Below are positions 44,116-53,336 of a stretch of DNA of 64,000 bases, one piece after another. This stretch comes from Flavobacteriales bacterium. GTDB lineage: Bacteria > Bacteroidota > Bacteroidia > Flavobacteriales_F > PHOS-HE28. Within the stretch, counting starts at the first letter, position 1; every line of letters starts with the position of its first letter. The position numbers and the translations under genes were made by a program. The stretch covers positions 573,728 through 637,727 of the forward strand of contig JADKAN010000001.1 in assembly GCA_016719225.1 (NCBI GenBank), written 5' to 3'. The notes under the pieces are model-generated. The model searched no databases and was not told where the DNA came from. It saw only the letters and a program-made list of their open reading frames with translations.

Positions 44116-45741
44116 ATGAACCGTCTTTACATCGCTCTTGCATTGGCATTGCCTTTCGGGGTTTTCGCGCAGACCAATTCCCCACAGATCGCCTTGCACA
44201 CTTGGGCCACCGGGCTGACAAGGCCCGTCTATGTCACCAATGCCGGGGATGATCGCCTGTTCCTGGTGCAGCGCCAAGGGGTGATCAAGATCATTACCGA
44301 CAGTATGCAAGTGGCACCAACGCCATTCCTGAATATCACGACAGAGGTTACCAGCAGCGGAAGCGTTGGGGATGAGCAAGGCCTGCTCAGCATGGTCTTC
44401 GATCCGGGATATGCCACCAACGGTTTCTTCTACGTTTACTACATCAACGGCAGCGGCAGTGGTACCAGTCGCATTTCGCGTTTTCATGTAAGTGATGACC
44501 CGAACGTGGCCGATGCTGCAAGTGAAGTGGTATTGTACACCCGCGTTCAGCCTTATTCAAACCACAACGGGGGTTGCCTTCAGTTCGGACCGGACGGCTA
44601 CCTGTATTGCGGTTTCGGCGATGGGGGATCGTTCAACGACCCGCAAGGCAATGGTCAGAACCTGTCCACGGCCTTGGCTTCCATGATCCGCTTGGATGTT
44701 TCCGCGCACGACGCTACTTATGCGATACCGTCCACAAACCCGTTCGTGGGTGCACAGGACACGCTTCCGGAGATCTGGGCCAGCGGGCTGCGTAACCCAT
44801 GGAGGTATTCCTTCGACCGGCTAACAGGCGACCTGTGGATCGGTGACGTTGGCCAAGGGGCGTGGGAGGAGTTGGATTTTTGGCCTGCGGGCGACAACAG
44901 CGGCCCGAACTTCGGATGGCGTTGTCGTGAGGGATTGGTCGCTACACCGGGCGTTTCACAGACCGGCTGCGGCGCTGCTGCGGATTACGTTCCTCCTATC
45001 GCCGTGTTCAACCACACGAACCAGAACTGGTGTTCGATCATCGGCGGTTACGTGTACCGCGGCCCCAGCTTTCCGCACCTCTATGGCAAGTACATCTTCA
45101 CCGATTATTGCGCCGGTGATTTTCTCTCCAGTACCGCCGACGGCCAACTCGACACGCTGTTGATGACCACCACGGCCGGTTATTCCGCGTTTGGCGAGGA
45201 TGTGAACGGGGAGTTGTACGTGGTGGACGTGAGCGGAGGAACCGTGAAAAAGATCGTGGACGCTTGTCCCATGGACGATCCACAGATCACCTTCGATGGT
45301 ACCACGCTTTCCAGTACGGACGCGACCACATGGCAGTGGTACTTGGACGGGGCCATCATTACTGGTGCCACGGCACAGACCTTCGCTCCTCAGGCCAATG
45401 GTTCCTATACGGTGAAAGCCGGTTTCGGGGCGCCATGCGATCTATACTCCGAACCCTTGGTCGTGCTCGTTACAGGTATCCACAGTTCTGGTGATAACGC
45501 TCCGGCGATCTACCCCCAACCAGCTTTGGACCGCATGCATCTTCGTGCAGCAACAGCAAGCGCCATGGCATCGCAGATCGAGCTGTTCGATGCCATGGGT
45601 CGCATGGTGCGCACCTATCAATGGCCTGTTGGGACCTTGGAGGTGACCATCGACGTGGCTGGCTTGGCACCGGGCAATTATGTGGTGCGAGGCTCCAATG
45701 CTGCGGGAGCATGGCGCCAAGCGGTGGAAGTGGGGCGTTGA
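44116..45741 (+). CDS. PQQ-dependent (soluble glucose/sorbosone dehydrogenase-type) sugar dehydrogenase beta-propeller with T9SS C-terminal sorting domain, paralog 1
   Basis: Signal peptide [23 protein letters not shown]-family blocks ([58 protein letters not shown]). C-terminal ~80 aa Por-secretion CTD (…MHLRAATAS…[23 protein letters not shown]). Confidence 0.8.
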   Translation: MNRLYIALALALPFGVFAQTNSPQIALHTWATGLTRPVYVTNAGDDRLFLVQRQGVIKIITDSMQVAPTPFLNITTEVTSSGSVGDEQGLLSMVFDPGYATNGFFYVYYINGSGSGTSRISRFHVSDDPNVADAASEVVLYTRVQPYSNHNGGCLQFGPDGYLYCGFGDGGSFNDPQGNGQNLSTALASMIRLDVSAHDATYAIPSTNPFVGAQDTLPEIWASGLRNPWRYSFDRLTGDLWIGDVGQGAWEELDFWPAGDNSGPNFGWRCREGLVATPGVSQTGCGAAADYVPPIAVFNHTNQNWCSIIGGYVYRGPSFPHLYGKYIFTDYCAGDFLSSTADGQLDTLLMTTTAGYSAFGEDVNGELYVVDVSGGTVKKIVDACPMDDPQITFDGTTLSSTDATTWQWYLDGAIITGATAQTFAPQANGSYTVKAGFGAPCDLYSEPLVVLVTGIHSSGDNAPAIYPQPALDRMHLRAATASAMASQIELFDAMGRMVRTYQWPVGTLEVTIDVAGLAPGNYVVRGSNAAGAWRQAVEVGR

Positions 45742-45928
45742 ACATTGGTTCTGGAGCCGGACATGTTGAGTGCAACTACCAAAGTGTAGCGCGTGCCCGT
45801 CATTCTATGGTTCCGGTATCCGAAGATCCGGATCGGAGCCATGGATATGTGCACGACAGCGGAATGAGGGCTGCAGTAGGCTGTTCCCTACCTTCGTGCC
45901 GCTCAGCCGATCCACTCGACCTTCTTCA

Positions 45929-47542
45929 ATGAAACGCATCCTGGCCGTTACCTCTTTGGCTTTTCCGCTCTTGCTCACCGCGCAGGAAAACCAAGCGAGG
46001 ATCGCACTTCATGATTGGGCAAGCGGGTTGAACCGTCCGGTTTATGCCACACATGCGGGTGATAGCAGGCTCTTCGTGTTGGAACAACCCGGTGTGATCA
46101 AGATCATTACCGACAGCAATACCGTACTGTCCACGCCTTTCTTGGACATAACCGATCAGGTGAACAGTAATGGTAACGAGCAAGGCCTGCTTGGTTTGGC
46201 CTTCGATCCCGGATACGCCACCAACGGTTACTTCTATGTGTATTTCATCCGTGGCTTCAGCTTTGGGTCCAGTAGGCTCTCTCGATTCCAAGTCAGCGCC
46301 GACCCGAACGTGGCGGACCCGTCCACTCAGGTAAACCTTTATGACCGGTTGCAGATCAACAGCAACCACAATGGTGGCTGCCTGCAATTCGGTCCGGATG
46401 GTTACCTCTATTGCGGCTTCGGGGACGGCGGAAGTGCGAATGACCCACCGAACAGCGGTCAAGACCTTTCCAGCGTGCTCGGCTCCATGATGCGCATCGA
46501 TGTATCTGAGCACAATTCCACCTATTTGATCCCGCCCACGAATCCTTTCGTGAACACCACGGACACCCTCCCGGAGATCTGGGCAAGCGGGTTGCGCAAC
46601 CCGTGGCGCTACAGTTTCGATCGCCTCACAGGAGACCTTTGGATCGGTGATGTAGGACAAAACCTTTCAGAAGAGCTGGATTTTTGGCCTGCTGGGGACA
46701 ACAGTGGTCCGAACTTCGGGTGGCGCTGCCGTGAAGGTCTATTGACCAACGCCAATGTGGACCAGACAAATTGTGGGACCGCGGAAGATTACGTTCCGCC
46801 CATCGCTGTTTTCAACCATGCGGACGAAGCATGGTGTGCCATTATAGGCGGATACGTTTATCGTGGACCGGCATTTCCGCATCTGTACGGTAAATACATC
46901 TTCACCGATTATTGCAACGGGGACTTTCTTACCAGCACGCCGGAAGGGCAGTTGGACACGTTGATGCAAAGCATCTATCCGGGCAATTCGGCCTTTGCAC
47001 AAGATACCGCCGGCGAGCTTTATGTGGTCAATGTGGAGTTCGGAACGGTGAAGAAGATCGTGGATGCATGTCCTATGGACCCTCCGGAGATCTCGTTCGA
47101 TGGTTTGACGCTTACGTCCACCGGTGCAGATACATGGCAATGGTACTTGGATGGCACAGCTATTACAGGAGCCACCGGGCAGACCTTTCTTCCGACGGCT
47201 GAAGGTAGTTACACCGTAAAGGCCAGCCATGGGCCGCCCTGCGACCTGTATTCTGCTCCTCTGATCGTTCTGTTTACATCCGTGGTGTCCGGGGTTTTAG
47301 AAGCACCGGCCGTGTTCCCGAGGCCGGCCAGTGATCAGGTTACCCTTCGTGGTTCCAATGCTGATGGGGCGGTACGGGTTGAAATGATCGATCCAATGGG
47401 CCGGATTGTGCGCACCGTGCAGTGGCCTAAGGGCACATCTGAGCTCACCATGGATGTGGCCGGCATTGCACCGGGCCGTTACTTGGTGCGAGGTACCGGT
47501 CCACAGGGAACTTGGCGGCTAGCCGTGGAAGTGTTCCATTGA
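45929..47542 (+). CDS. PQQ-dependent sugar dehydrogenase with T9SS C-terminal sorting domain, paralog 2
   Basis: Signal peptide MKRILAVTSLAFPLLLTAQ. About 70% identical to the upstream paralog through the propeller (the same [24 protein letters not shown] and [12 protein letters not shown] blocks) and the CTD. Confidence 0.8.
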   Translation: MKRILAVTSLAFPLLLTAQENQARIALHDWASGLNRPVYATHAGDSRLFVLEQPGVIKIITDSNTVLSTPFLDITDQVNSNGNEQGLLGLAFDPGYATNGYFYVYFIRGFSFGSSRLSRFQVSADPNVADPSTQVNLYDRLQINSNHNGGCLQFGPDGYLYCGFGDGGSANDPPNSGQDLSSVLGSMMRIDVSEHNSTYLIPPTNPFVNTTDTLPEIWASGLRNPWRYSFDRLTGDLWIGDVGQNLSEELDFWPAGDNSGPNFGWRCREGLLTNANVDQTNCGTAEDYVPPIAVFNHADEAWCAIIGGYVYRGPAFPHLYGKYIFTDYCNGDFLTSTPEGQLDTLMQSIYPGNSAFAQDTAGELYVVNVEFGTVKKIVDACPMDPPEISFDGLTLTSTGADTWQWYLDGTAITGATGQTFLPTAEGSYTVKASHGPPCDLYSAPLIVLFTSVVSGVLEAPAVFPRPASDQVTLRGSNADGAVRVEMIDPMGRIVRTVQWPKGTSELTMDVAGIAPGRYLVRGTGPQGTWRLAVEVFH

Positions 47543-47558
47543 TCTCCTCTGGAAGCGA

Positions 47559-48836
47559 ATGAACCCAATGCCCGAAAAGGCCACCACGGCCGAATGTCTC
47601 TGTATCGGTGATGAGCTGTTGATAGGCCAGACCGTGAACACGAATGCGGCCTGGATGGGCGAGCAGCTTAGCCTTGTCGGTATCCGCCCGGTATTGACCA
47701 GGGTAGTGGGGGATGACCGCGAACGCATCATGCAGGCGCTGCGCAACAGCACGGCTGATGTTGTGTTGATCACGGGTGGGCTTGGACCGACCAAGGACGA
47801 CATCACTAAGCACGTCCTCAGTGAATTCTTCGAAACTAAACTGGTCCATAACCCTGCGGTGGAAGCACATATCACGGCATTGTTCACGCGTATGGGGCAG
47901 GCACCCAAGCAAGTAAAACAGGCCGATCTGGCGCAAGCGATGCTTCCAGCGGATTGCACCGTACTGCCGAATGAATTGGGCACCGCGAGCGGCATGTGGT
48001 TCGAGCGTGAAGGGCGCGTTTTTGTTTCCATGCCCGGCGTTCCTTATGAAATGAAGGGCCTGATGAGCGTGTCCGTACTACCGAAGCTGAAGGAGCGGTT
48101 CCGGCCTTCCAGCATTATTCACCGCACCATCCGCACCACGGGAATGGGGGAGACCCAACTGGCACAGCGCATCGCGGATTGGGAGACGGGCCTTGCACTG
48201 GACGATGTGACCTTAGCTTACCTGCCTTCCCCGGGACTTGTGAAGCTCCGCCTTTCCACCTATGCAGGCAAAGACCCCGATGAAGCCCGGGAGCGCATAG
48301 ATCGGCAGGCCGAGGCCCTGTACAAATTAGTCCCGGAGCTGATCTATGGTGAAGGACATATGCGCTTGGAGGAAGCGATCGGCAAGCTGCTGAAGGGCCA
48401 GGGTAGCACACTGGCTCTGGCAGAAAGCTGCACCGGAGGTTATCTGAGTCATTTGGTGACATCCGTGCCCGGTAGCTCCGCCTATTTCATCGGTGGGGTG
48501 GTCAGCTATGCCAATGCGGTGAAAATGGAAGAACTCGGCATTCCCAGTGACATGCTGGAATTGAACGGTGCCGTGAGCCAACCTGTGGTGGAACGCATGG
48601 CTGAAGGTGTTAGGCAAGCCCTGCGCAGCGATTGGGCGGTGGCCACATCGGGAGTGGCCGGCCCCGATGGCGGTACTCCGGAAAAGCCCGTGGGTACCGT
48701 GTGGATCGCTGTGGCCGGTCCCCATGGCGTCAGTTCCAGCATGGGTGTATTCATGGGCACACGCGAGTTGGTGATACGGCGCTCGGCCATCGCGGCATTG
48801 AACATGCTGCGGAAGCGGCTTTTGCAGCTTGTTTAA
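47559..48836 (+). CDS. cinA: CinA-family competence/damage-inducible protein (NMN amidohydrolase PncC domain + MoCF-biosynthesis-like N-domain)
   Basis: N-terminal AECLCIGDELLIGQTVNTNAAW. C-terminal LALAESCTGGYLSHLVTSVPGSS...WAVATSGVAGPDGG, the CinA C-terminal signature. Confidence 0.85.
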   Translation: MNPMPEKATTAECLCIGDELLIGQTVNTNAAWMGEQLSLVGIRPVLTRVVGDDRERIMQALRNSTADVVLITGGLGPTKDDITKHVLSEFFETKLVHNPAVEAHITALFTRMGQAPKQVKQADLAQAMLPADCTVLPNELGTASGMWFEREGRVFVSMPGVPYEMKGLMSVSVLPKLKERFRPSSIIHRTIRTTGMGETQLAQRIADWETGLALDDVTLAYLPSPGLVKLRLSTYAGKDPDEARERIDRQAEALYKLVPELIYGEGHMRLEEAIGKLLKGQGSTLALAESCTGGYLSHLVTSVPGSSAYFIGGVVSYANAVKMEELGIPSDMLELNGAVSQPVVERMAEGVRQALRSDWAVATSGVAGPDGGTPEKPVGTVWIAVAGPHGVSSSMGVFMGTRELVIRRSAIAALNMLRKRLLQLV

Positions 48837-48855
48837 CGCATCGGACCAAGGCAGC

Positions 48856-48890
48856 ATTGCAAGTCCGGCTTTTTTACTACTTTCGCAGCC
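48856..48890 (+). promoter_or_regulatory. Candidate Bacteroidota sigma-A-type promoter for rpmB
   Basis: cattgcaagtccggcttttttactactttcg gives a TTG element and a TAnnTTTG-like -7 box (tactttcg, one mismatch) with about 18-nt spacing, roughly 15 nt upstream of the rpmB start. Confidence 0.25.
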
Positions 48891-48904
48891 CGAAAAACAG
48901 CGCC

Positions 48905-49144
48905 ATGTCACGCATTTGCCAGATCACCGGAAAACACGTCATCACCGGTAACGCCGTCAGCCACTCCAACCGCAAGACCCGCCGCACCTTCGCGCCGAAC
49001 TTGCAGGACCGCAAGTATTTCATCCCAGAGGAGAACCGCACGGTCAGCCTGCGTGTAAGTGCTGCAGGTATGCGCACCATCACCAAGATCGGCATCGTGG
49101 AAGCGTTGAAACGCGCCAAGGCAAAGGGTTTCCTGAACGCTTGA
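48905..49144 (+). CDS. rpmB: 50S ribosomal protein L28
   Basis: MSRICQITGKHVITGNAVSHSNRKTRRTFAPNLQDRKYFIPEENRTVSLRVSAAGMRTITKIGI is the canonical L28 sequence. Confidence 0.9.
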   Translation: MSRICQITGKHVITGNAVSHSNRKTRRTFAPNLQDRKYFIPEENRTVSLRVSAAGMRTITKIGIVEALKRAKAKGFLNA

Positions 49145-49163
49145 AAAGTCAACCACCATTGAA

Positions 49164-49195
49164 AAGCGCCGTGGCCACGCCCGGCGCTTTTTTAT
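49164..49195 (+). terminator. Rho-independent terminator after rpmB
   Basis: Hairpin agcgccg-tggccacgcc-cggcgct followed by ttttttatt. Confidence 0.65.
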
Positions 49196-49218
49196 TGCGT
49201 GCAGGGTAGCTTTGGCCC

Positions 49219-49872
49219 ATGCGGAACAAAGCCGTTCTCTTTTTCCTGGCAACGGCCATGGTGATCGCACTACCAGCGCTTTGGGCCATCGCAGCCACCT
49301 CCCACTTGGCCTTGCATCAAATTGTGAACCAGTGGCACACGGCTTGGGCGGACCAAGCCATGCCGTGGATCACCGAAGCAGCTAACGGATGGGTCCCTGT
49401 CGTATTGACGATCGCTCTCCTTTGGCATTCATGGCGTGCGTTCCTGATGATGGGGCTCAGCACGGCCTTAGGCTCCTTGGCCGTGCAGTCACTGAAGCAT
49501 TTCCTTTTCCCCGGCATGGACAGGCCAGCGGCTTTCTTGGCGGAGATGCCCGGATTGCATCTGGTTCCCGGCGTGGACCTCCATCACAGTTTCAGTTTCC
49601 CGAGCGGGCATTCTACAGCCGCCTTTGGGATGTGTCTCGCCTTGGCCGTTATCTGGGGCAAGCGCGCGCCTGCCGTAGGCTTGGCATTACTCGCGTGTAT
49701 CTTGTCCTACTCCAGGGTATACCTCTCGCAGCATTTCACCGAGGATGCGGTGGCCGGTGCAGCCTTGGGCACATTCATCGCTTGGCTGGTCTACCGTCGG
49801 TTGTACCACGGCCCACTTTCACTCCGCCCCGGTCTGGACCGCTCGCCCGTTCGGCGCTATTCCGGTGAATAG
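49219..49872 (+). CDS. PAP2-family (type 2 phosphatidic acid phosphatase) membrane phosphatase
   Basis: PAP2 motifs KHFLFPGMDRP (KxxxxxxRP), PSGHS and SRVYLSQHFTED (SRxxxxxHxxxD). Several TM helices. Confidence 0.75.
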   Translation: MRNKAVLFFLATAMVIALPALWAIAATSHLALHQIVNQWHTAWADQAMPWITEAANGWVPVVLTIALLWHSWRAFLMMGLSTALGSLAVQSLKHFLFPGMDRPAAFLAEMPGLHLVPGVDLHHSFSFPSGHSTAAFGMCLALAVIWGKRAPAVGLALLACILSYSRVYLSQHFTEDAVAGAALGTFIAWLVYRRLYHGPLSLRPGLDRSPVRRYSGE

Positions 49873-50987
49873 GTGATCCGGTAGATCAGGTCCGCGGAAT
49901 CATCGCTCAGCAACAAGGAGCCGTCCGGTAGTTCCTGTAACGCCACCGGCCTTCCCCACGCCGTATTGCCCTTCAGCCAGCCTTCCGCGAAGATGTCCGT
50001 AGTGGCGCTACCATCAGGCTGTGGCCAAGCGACCATTACCCGATAGCCCAAGGGAGTGGTACGGTTCCAACTGCCATGCTGGGCGATGAAAATGGCGTTA
50101 CGGTATTTTTCCGGGAACATGGATCCACGATAGAACTTCATGCCCAGCGCGGCCACGTGCGGACCCATCAAAGCTGCTGGTGGCACATAATCCGAGCAGT
50201 TTTTGCCTTTGCCAAATTCCGGGTCCGGAATATCCCCTTGATGGCAGAACGGAAAGCCGAAGTGGCTGCCTGGTCTTACCAAATGGTCCAGTTCATCATT
50301 GGGTACATCATCACCCATCATGTCACGCCCGTTGTCCGTGAACCACAGGCTACCATCCCTAGGGTCCCAATCGAACCCTACACTGTTGCGGACCCCCTTT
50401 GCAATGATCTCCAGTCCGGTGCCATCCGCGTTCATGCGGGTAATGGTCGCGAAAATGCTGTCCTCGCTGAGGCAGTTATTGCATGGTGCTCCTACGGGCA
50501 CGTAAAGTTTTCCGTCCGGACCGAAGGCGATGTATTTCCAGCCATGGTGCTCCTTATCCGGGAAGCAGGTGCATACCGTGACCGGTGCTGGCGGATCTGC
50601 GAGATGGCTGGCAATATCCGGTAGTTTCACAATACGGTCCACCGAACTCACATAGAGGTCACCGTCATGTATGGCTACACCGGCCGGCATATTCAGCTTG
50701 GTGGCGATGGTGAACAAGGTGTCGGCGTGTCCGTCGTTATCCAGGTCGCGAAGCGCATATACGTTGCCTGCATCCCGCGAACCAACGTATACGGTTCCAT
50801 CGGCGCCCAAACTCATGCCGCGGGCATTGGGGACGTTTTTCGCGTAGACAGCAATGTGGAAGCCAGGTGGCAGCGTGATGTCATGTAAGCGGGGATCACC
50901 GGCGAAAAGGGTGGGCTGGCAAACGCCACCCAATCCCAACACCGCTGCCCAGGGAGTAACAGAAAGCAAGCGCTGCGCAAGCTTCAT
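49857..50987 (-). CDS. Sorbosone/glucose dehydrogenase-family (PQQ-dependent-type) beta-propeller oxidoreductase
   Basis: Signal peptide MKLAQRLLSVTPWAAVLG. Blocks GKLYVPVGAPCN, WFTDNGRDMMGDDVPNDELDHLVRPGSHFGFPFCH and IFIAQHGSWNR are typical of L-sorbosone DH / Asd-family propellers. Confidence 0.7.
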   Translation of the reverse strand: MKLAQRLLSVTPWAAVLGLGGVCQPTLFAGDPRLHDITLPPGFHIAVYAKNVPNARGMSLGADGTVYVGSRDAGNVYALRDLDNDGHADTLFTIATKLNMPAGVAIHDGDLYVSSVDRIVKLPDIASHLADPPAPVTVCTCFPDKEHHGWKYIAFGPDGKLYVPVGAPCNNCLSEDSIFATITRMNADGTGLEIIAKGVRNSVGFDWDPRDGSLWFTDNGRDMMGDDVPNDELDHLVRPGSHFGFPFCHQGDIPDPEFGKGKNCSDYVPPAALMGPHVAALGMKFYRGSMFPEKYRNAIFIAQHGSWNRTTPLGYRVMVAWPQPDGSATTDIFAEGWLKGNTAWGRPVALQELPDGSLLLSDDSADLIYRITYSPE

Positions 50988-51427
50988 TCCTCCTTCGGAG
51001 TGGGAACGATCAGTACAGGTATCGCGTCCGCGTGAATTACCTCCTCACTAACGCTTCCAATAAAAGCCTTGGCCAACCCATGCCGTCCATGGTTGCCCAT
51101 TACGATAAGGTCAGCGTTCAAACGTTTTGCTTCTTTCAGGATCACTTCCACCGTAGGGCCCATTACCAAGATGGCTTGCGCAACAATGTCCTGGGCCTGG
51201 GTTTCAGCCGCGCACCGCTGCAGCCACGTGTGCTCCTCCCTTAGTTCATCGGCACGCACATCCCTGATATACTGTGGGCCAGCCTCATAGCCAACGAGAT
51301 CGGGCTGGGGGGCGGCGACATGGAGCAGCCAGAGTTTGGCACCTGTGGCTTTGGCCAAGCGGCATGCCATGGCCGAAACCTTATCCGTGCCGGGCTTCAA
51401 GTCCAAGGGTACCAGTATGTTCTTCAT
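50984..51427 (-). CDS. Universal stress protein (UspA family)
   Basis: MKNILVPLDLKPGTDKVSAMACRLAKATGAKLWLLHV ... ADLIVMGNHGRHGLAKAFIGSVSEEVIHADAIPVLIV is the canonical Usp fold, with the ATP-binding G-x2-G-x9-G-S motif. Its stop overlaps the start of the downstream sorbosone-DH gene. Confidence 0.85.
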   Translation of the reverse strand: MKNILVPLDLKPGTDKVSAMACRLAKATGAKLWLLHVAAPQPDLVGYEAGPQYIRDVRADELREEHTWLQRCAAETQAQDIVAQAILVMGPTVEVILKEAKRLNADLIVMGNHGRHGLAKAFIGSVSEEVIHADAIPVLIVPTPKEE

Positions 51428-51562
51428 AGTTGTTGTTCAGGGACCGAAAGGTAACCACATGTTAATTGCACGCGGCTAATGAGCGTGGGCATGTAAAAGA
51501 TGCTGCCGGTAAAATGGAATGGCGGCCTTGGCCGCCATTCCATTTGTTCAATATTTGGAGGT

Positions 51563-52165
51563 TCAAGCTAGCTCAGCTTCCTTTTCCGCGGTAAGGACCA
51601 AGCGGTCGAAGTGCTGCTTGCGAAGCTTACCACTGCTTTGGAAGAACCAGTCATTCAGGCCATAATGATAACCGCGACGAAGTCCGCTGTGGTGAGTTCC
51701 CAGCAAGTTCTTTTTGCCGCTGAGCTTCTGCAACGTCCGGGTCAGGAAAGCTTCCACTTCGGCAGAGCTGAGTGAAGGCTCGTTACTGCTAGCCCAGATC
51801 GTGGCCTGTTCCAACAATTCCTCTTTGGGCATTAACCGGCCCGAGGTCTTGATGGCATCCAGTACCATGTTGTCCCATGTATTCAACTCGCGCGGCTTAC
51901 GCTCACGCTTTCTTGGGCGGCCCACAGGACGTGCGGGCTTGGTGGCGCCAGGATTCTTAGGGGGCCTACCAGGCCCGCGCTTTGGAGTGCCATCAGCATT
52001 CACCTTAGCAACCGGTGCGCTTTTCGGGGCCTTTCCTTTGGACTCTTTCAAGTCAGTGATCAGGCCGCGCACATGATCCAATTGGAAGCTTAAACGCCTC
52101 CTTTCAGACCGGTAATGGCTGAGCAGGTGATCAATTTCTTTTTCACTCAGGCGTTTTTTCGCCAT
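51563..52165 (-). CDS. Hypothetical DNA-binding protein with AT-hook-like motifs
   Basis: Start MAKKRLSEKEIDHLL. Central basic low-complexity region with AT-hook-like GRP cores (KRGPGRPPKNPG, RPVGRPRKRERK). 200 aa. Confidence 0.5.
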   Translation of the reverse strand: MAKKRLSEKEIDHLLSHYRSERRRLSFQLDHVRGLITDLKESKGKAPKSAPVAKVNADGTPKRGPGRPPKNPGATKPARPVGRPRKRERKPRELNTWDNMVLDAIKTSGRLMPKEELLEQATIWASSNEPSLSSAEVEAFLTRTLQKLSGKKNLLGTHHSGLRRGYHYGLNDWFFQSSGKLRKQHFDRLVLTAEKEAELA

Positions 52166-52283
52166 GATGTCAGTTGTTGTATGGTTAATGGTTTGGAGCG
52201 GTACAAAATTAAGCCAACCGAAACCTTCATAAACCAATACCGTACGGACTTTTCATCATCTTATGCACCGTTGAAGTCATAAT

Positions 52284-53336
52284 TCATTGGACCACAACGC
52301 GCACGCTGCCACCCTCGAACCCCATCATTCCTATATCTGCCGACATAATTTGGTTATTCGTCATTAAAGTCTGTATTTCGGTCGAAAAGCGGGGATCGCA
52401 TGATACCAGCAGTCCGCCACTGGTCTGGGGGTCGCTTAATAGCATCATTCGTTCCAATGATGCCGCTCCTTCGATCTTGGAGGCATAGCTTTTCCAGTTG
52501 CGCAAAGCGCCATCCGCATAGCATCCGAGTGCCAAGTAGTGCAGGCTCTCAGGAATTAAAGGGATATCAGTATAGCTCAATGTCGCTTTTGTGCCACTTG
52601 CTTGGCACATTTCCAACAAATGGCCCAGCAGTCCGAATCCGGTTACGTCTGTGAGCGCATGTACGCCCGGTTGTTCGCCCAGCAATGCCCCGATGTGGTT
52701 AAGCCGTATCATTTGGTCGCGGGCGATATGGATATGCTCCGGCTGAAGCTGCCCACGTTTCATTGCCGTGGCCAATACCCCGACACCCAATGGCTTGGTA
52801 AGCAATAGCCGATCACCGGGCCTTGCAGAGCTATTCCGCTTAATGTTCTTCACCGCTACTTCACCAGTGACCGCTAAACCGAAAAAGGGTTCGGGGGCAT
52901 CGATACTGTGGCCACCGGCGAGCGGGATGCCCGCATCCTTGCAAGCTTGGCGACCGCCTGCAACCACTTGTGCAGCCAATTCAGCGCCCAATTTCTCCAA
53001 GGGCCAACCAAGCACCGCTACCGCCATCAGCGGGCGGCCGCCCATGGCATAAACGTCGCTCAGTGCATTAACTGCGGCGATGCGCCCAAAGTCGAACGCA
53101 TCATCCACGATAGGGGAAAAGAAGTCCGTTGTGCTGATGATAGCGCGCCCATCACCCAGGTCATAAACGGCTGCATCATCCCGGGTGTGATAGCCCACTA
53201 GGAGCCGGGCCTCAGGGATATCCATCGTCGAACCACTGAGGATCTTGTCCAATTCCGCCGGGGCGATCTTGCAACCACAACCAGCACCATGGCTGTACTG
53301 CGTGAGTCTGAGATCGGGCTGCGTCAATTCATTCAT
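52284..53336 (-). CDS. selD: Selenide, water dikinase (selenophosphate synthetase), Cys-type
   Basis: LTQYSHGAGCGCKIAP Gly-rich N-terminal motif, with Cys at the position that is Sec/Cys in SelD. AIR-synthase-related fold blocks (DAAV, GGHSID). Confidence 0.9.
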   Translation of the reverse strand: MNELTQPDLRLTQYSHGAGCGCKIAPAELDKILSGSTMDIPEARLLVGYHTRDDAAVYDLGDGRAIISTTDFFSPIVDDAFDFGRIAAVNALSDVYAMGGRPLMAVAVLGWPLEKLGAELAAQVVAGGRQACKDAGIPLAGGHSIDAPEPFFGLAVTGEVAVKNIKRNSSARPGDRLLLTKPLGVGVLATAMKRGQLQPEHIHIARDQMIRLNHIGALLGEQPGVHALTDVTGFGLLGHLLEMCQASGTKATLSYTDIPLIPESLHYLALGCYADGALRNWKSYASKIEGAASLERMMLLSDPQTSGGLLVSCDPRFSTEIQTLMTNNQIMSADIGMMGFEGGSVRVVVQ

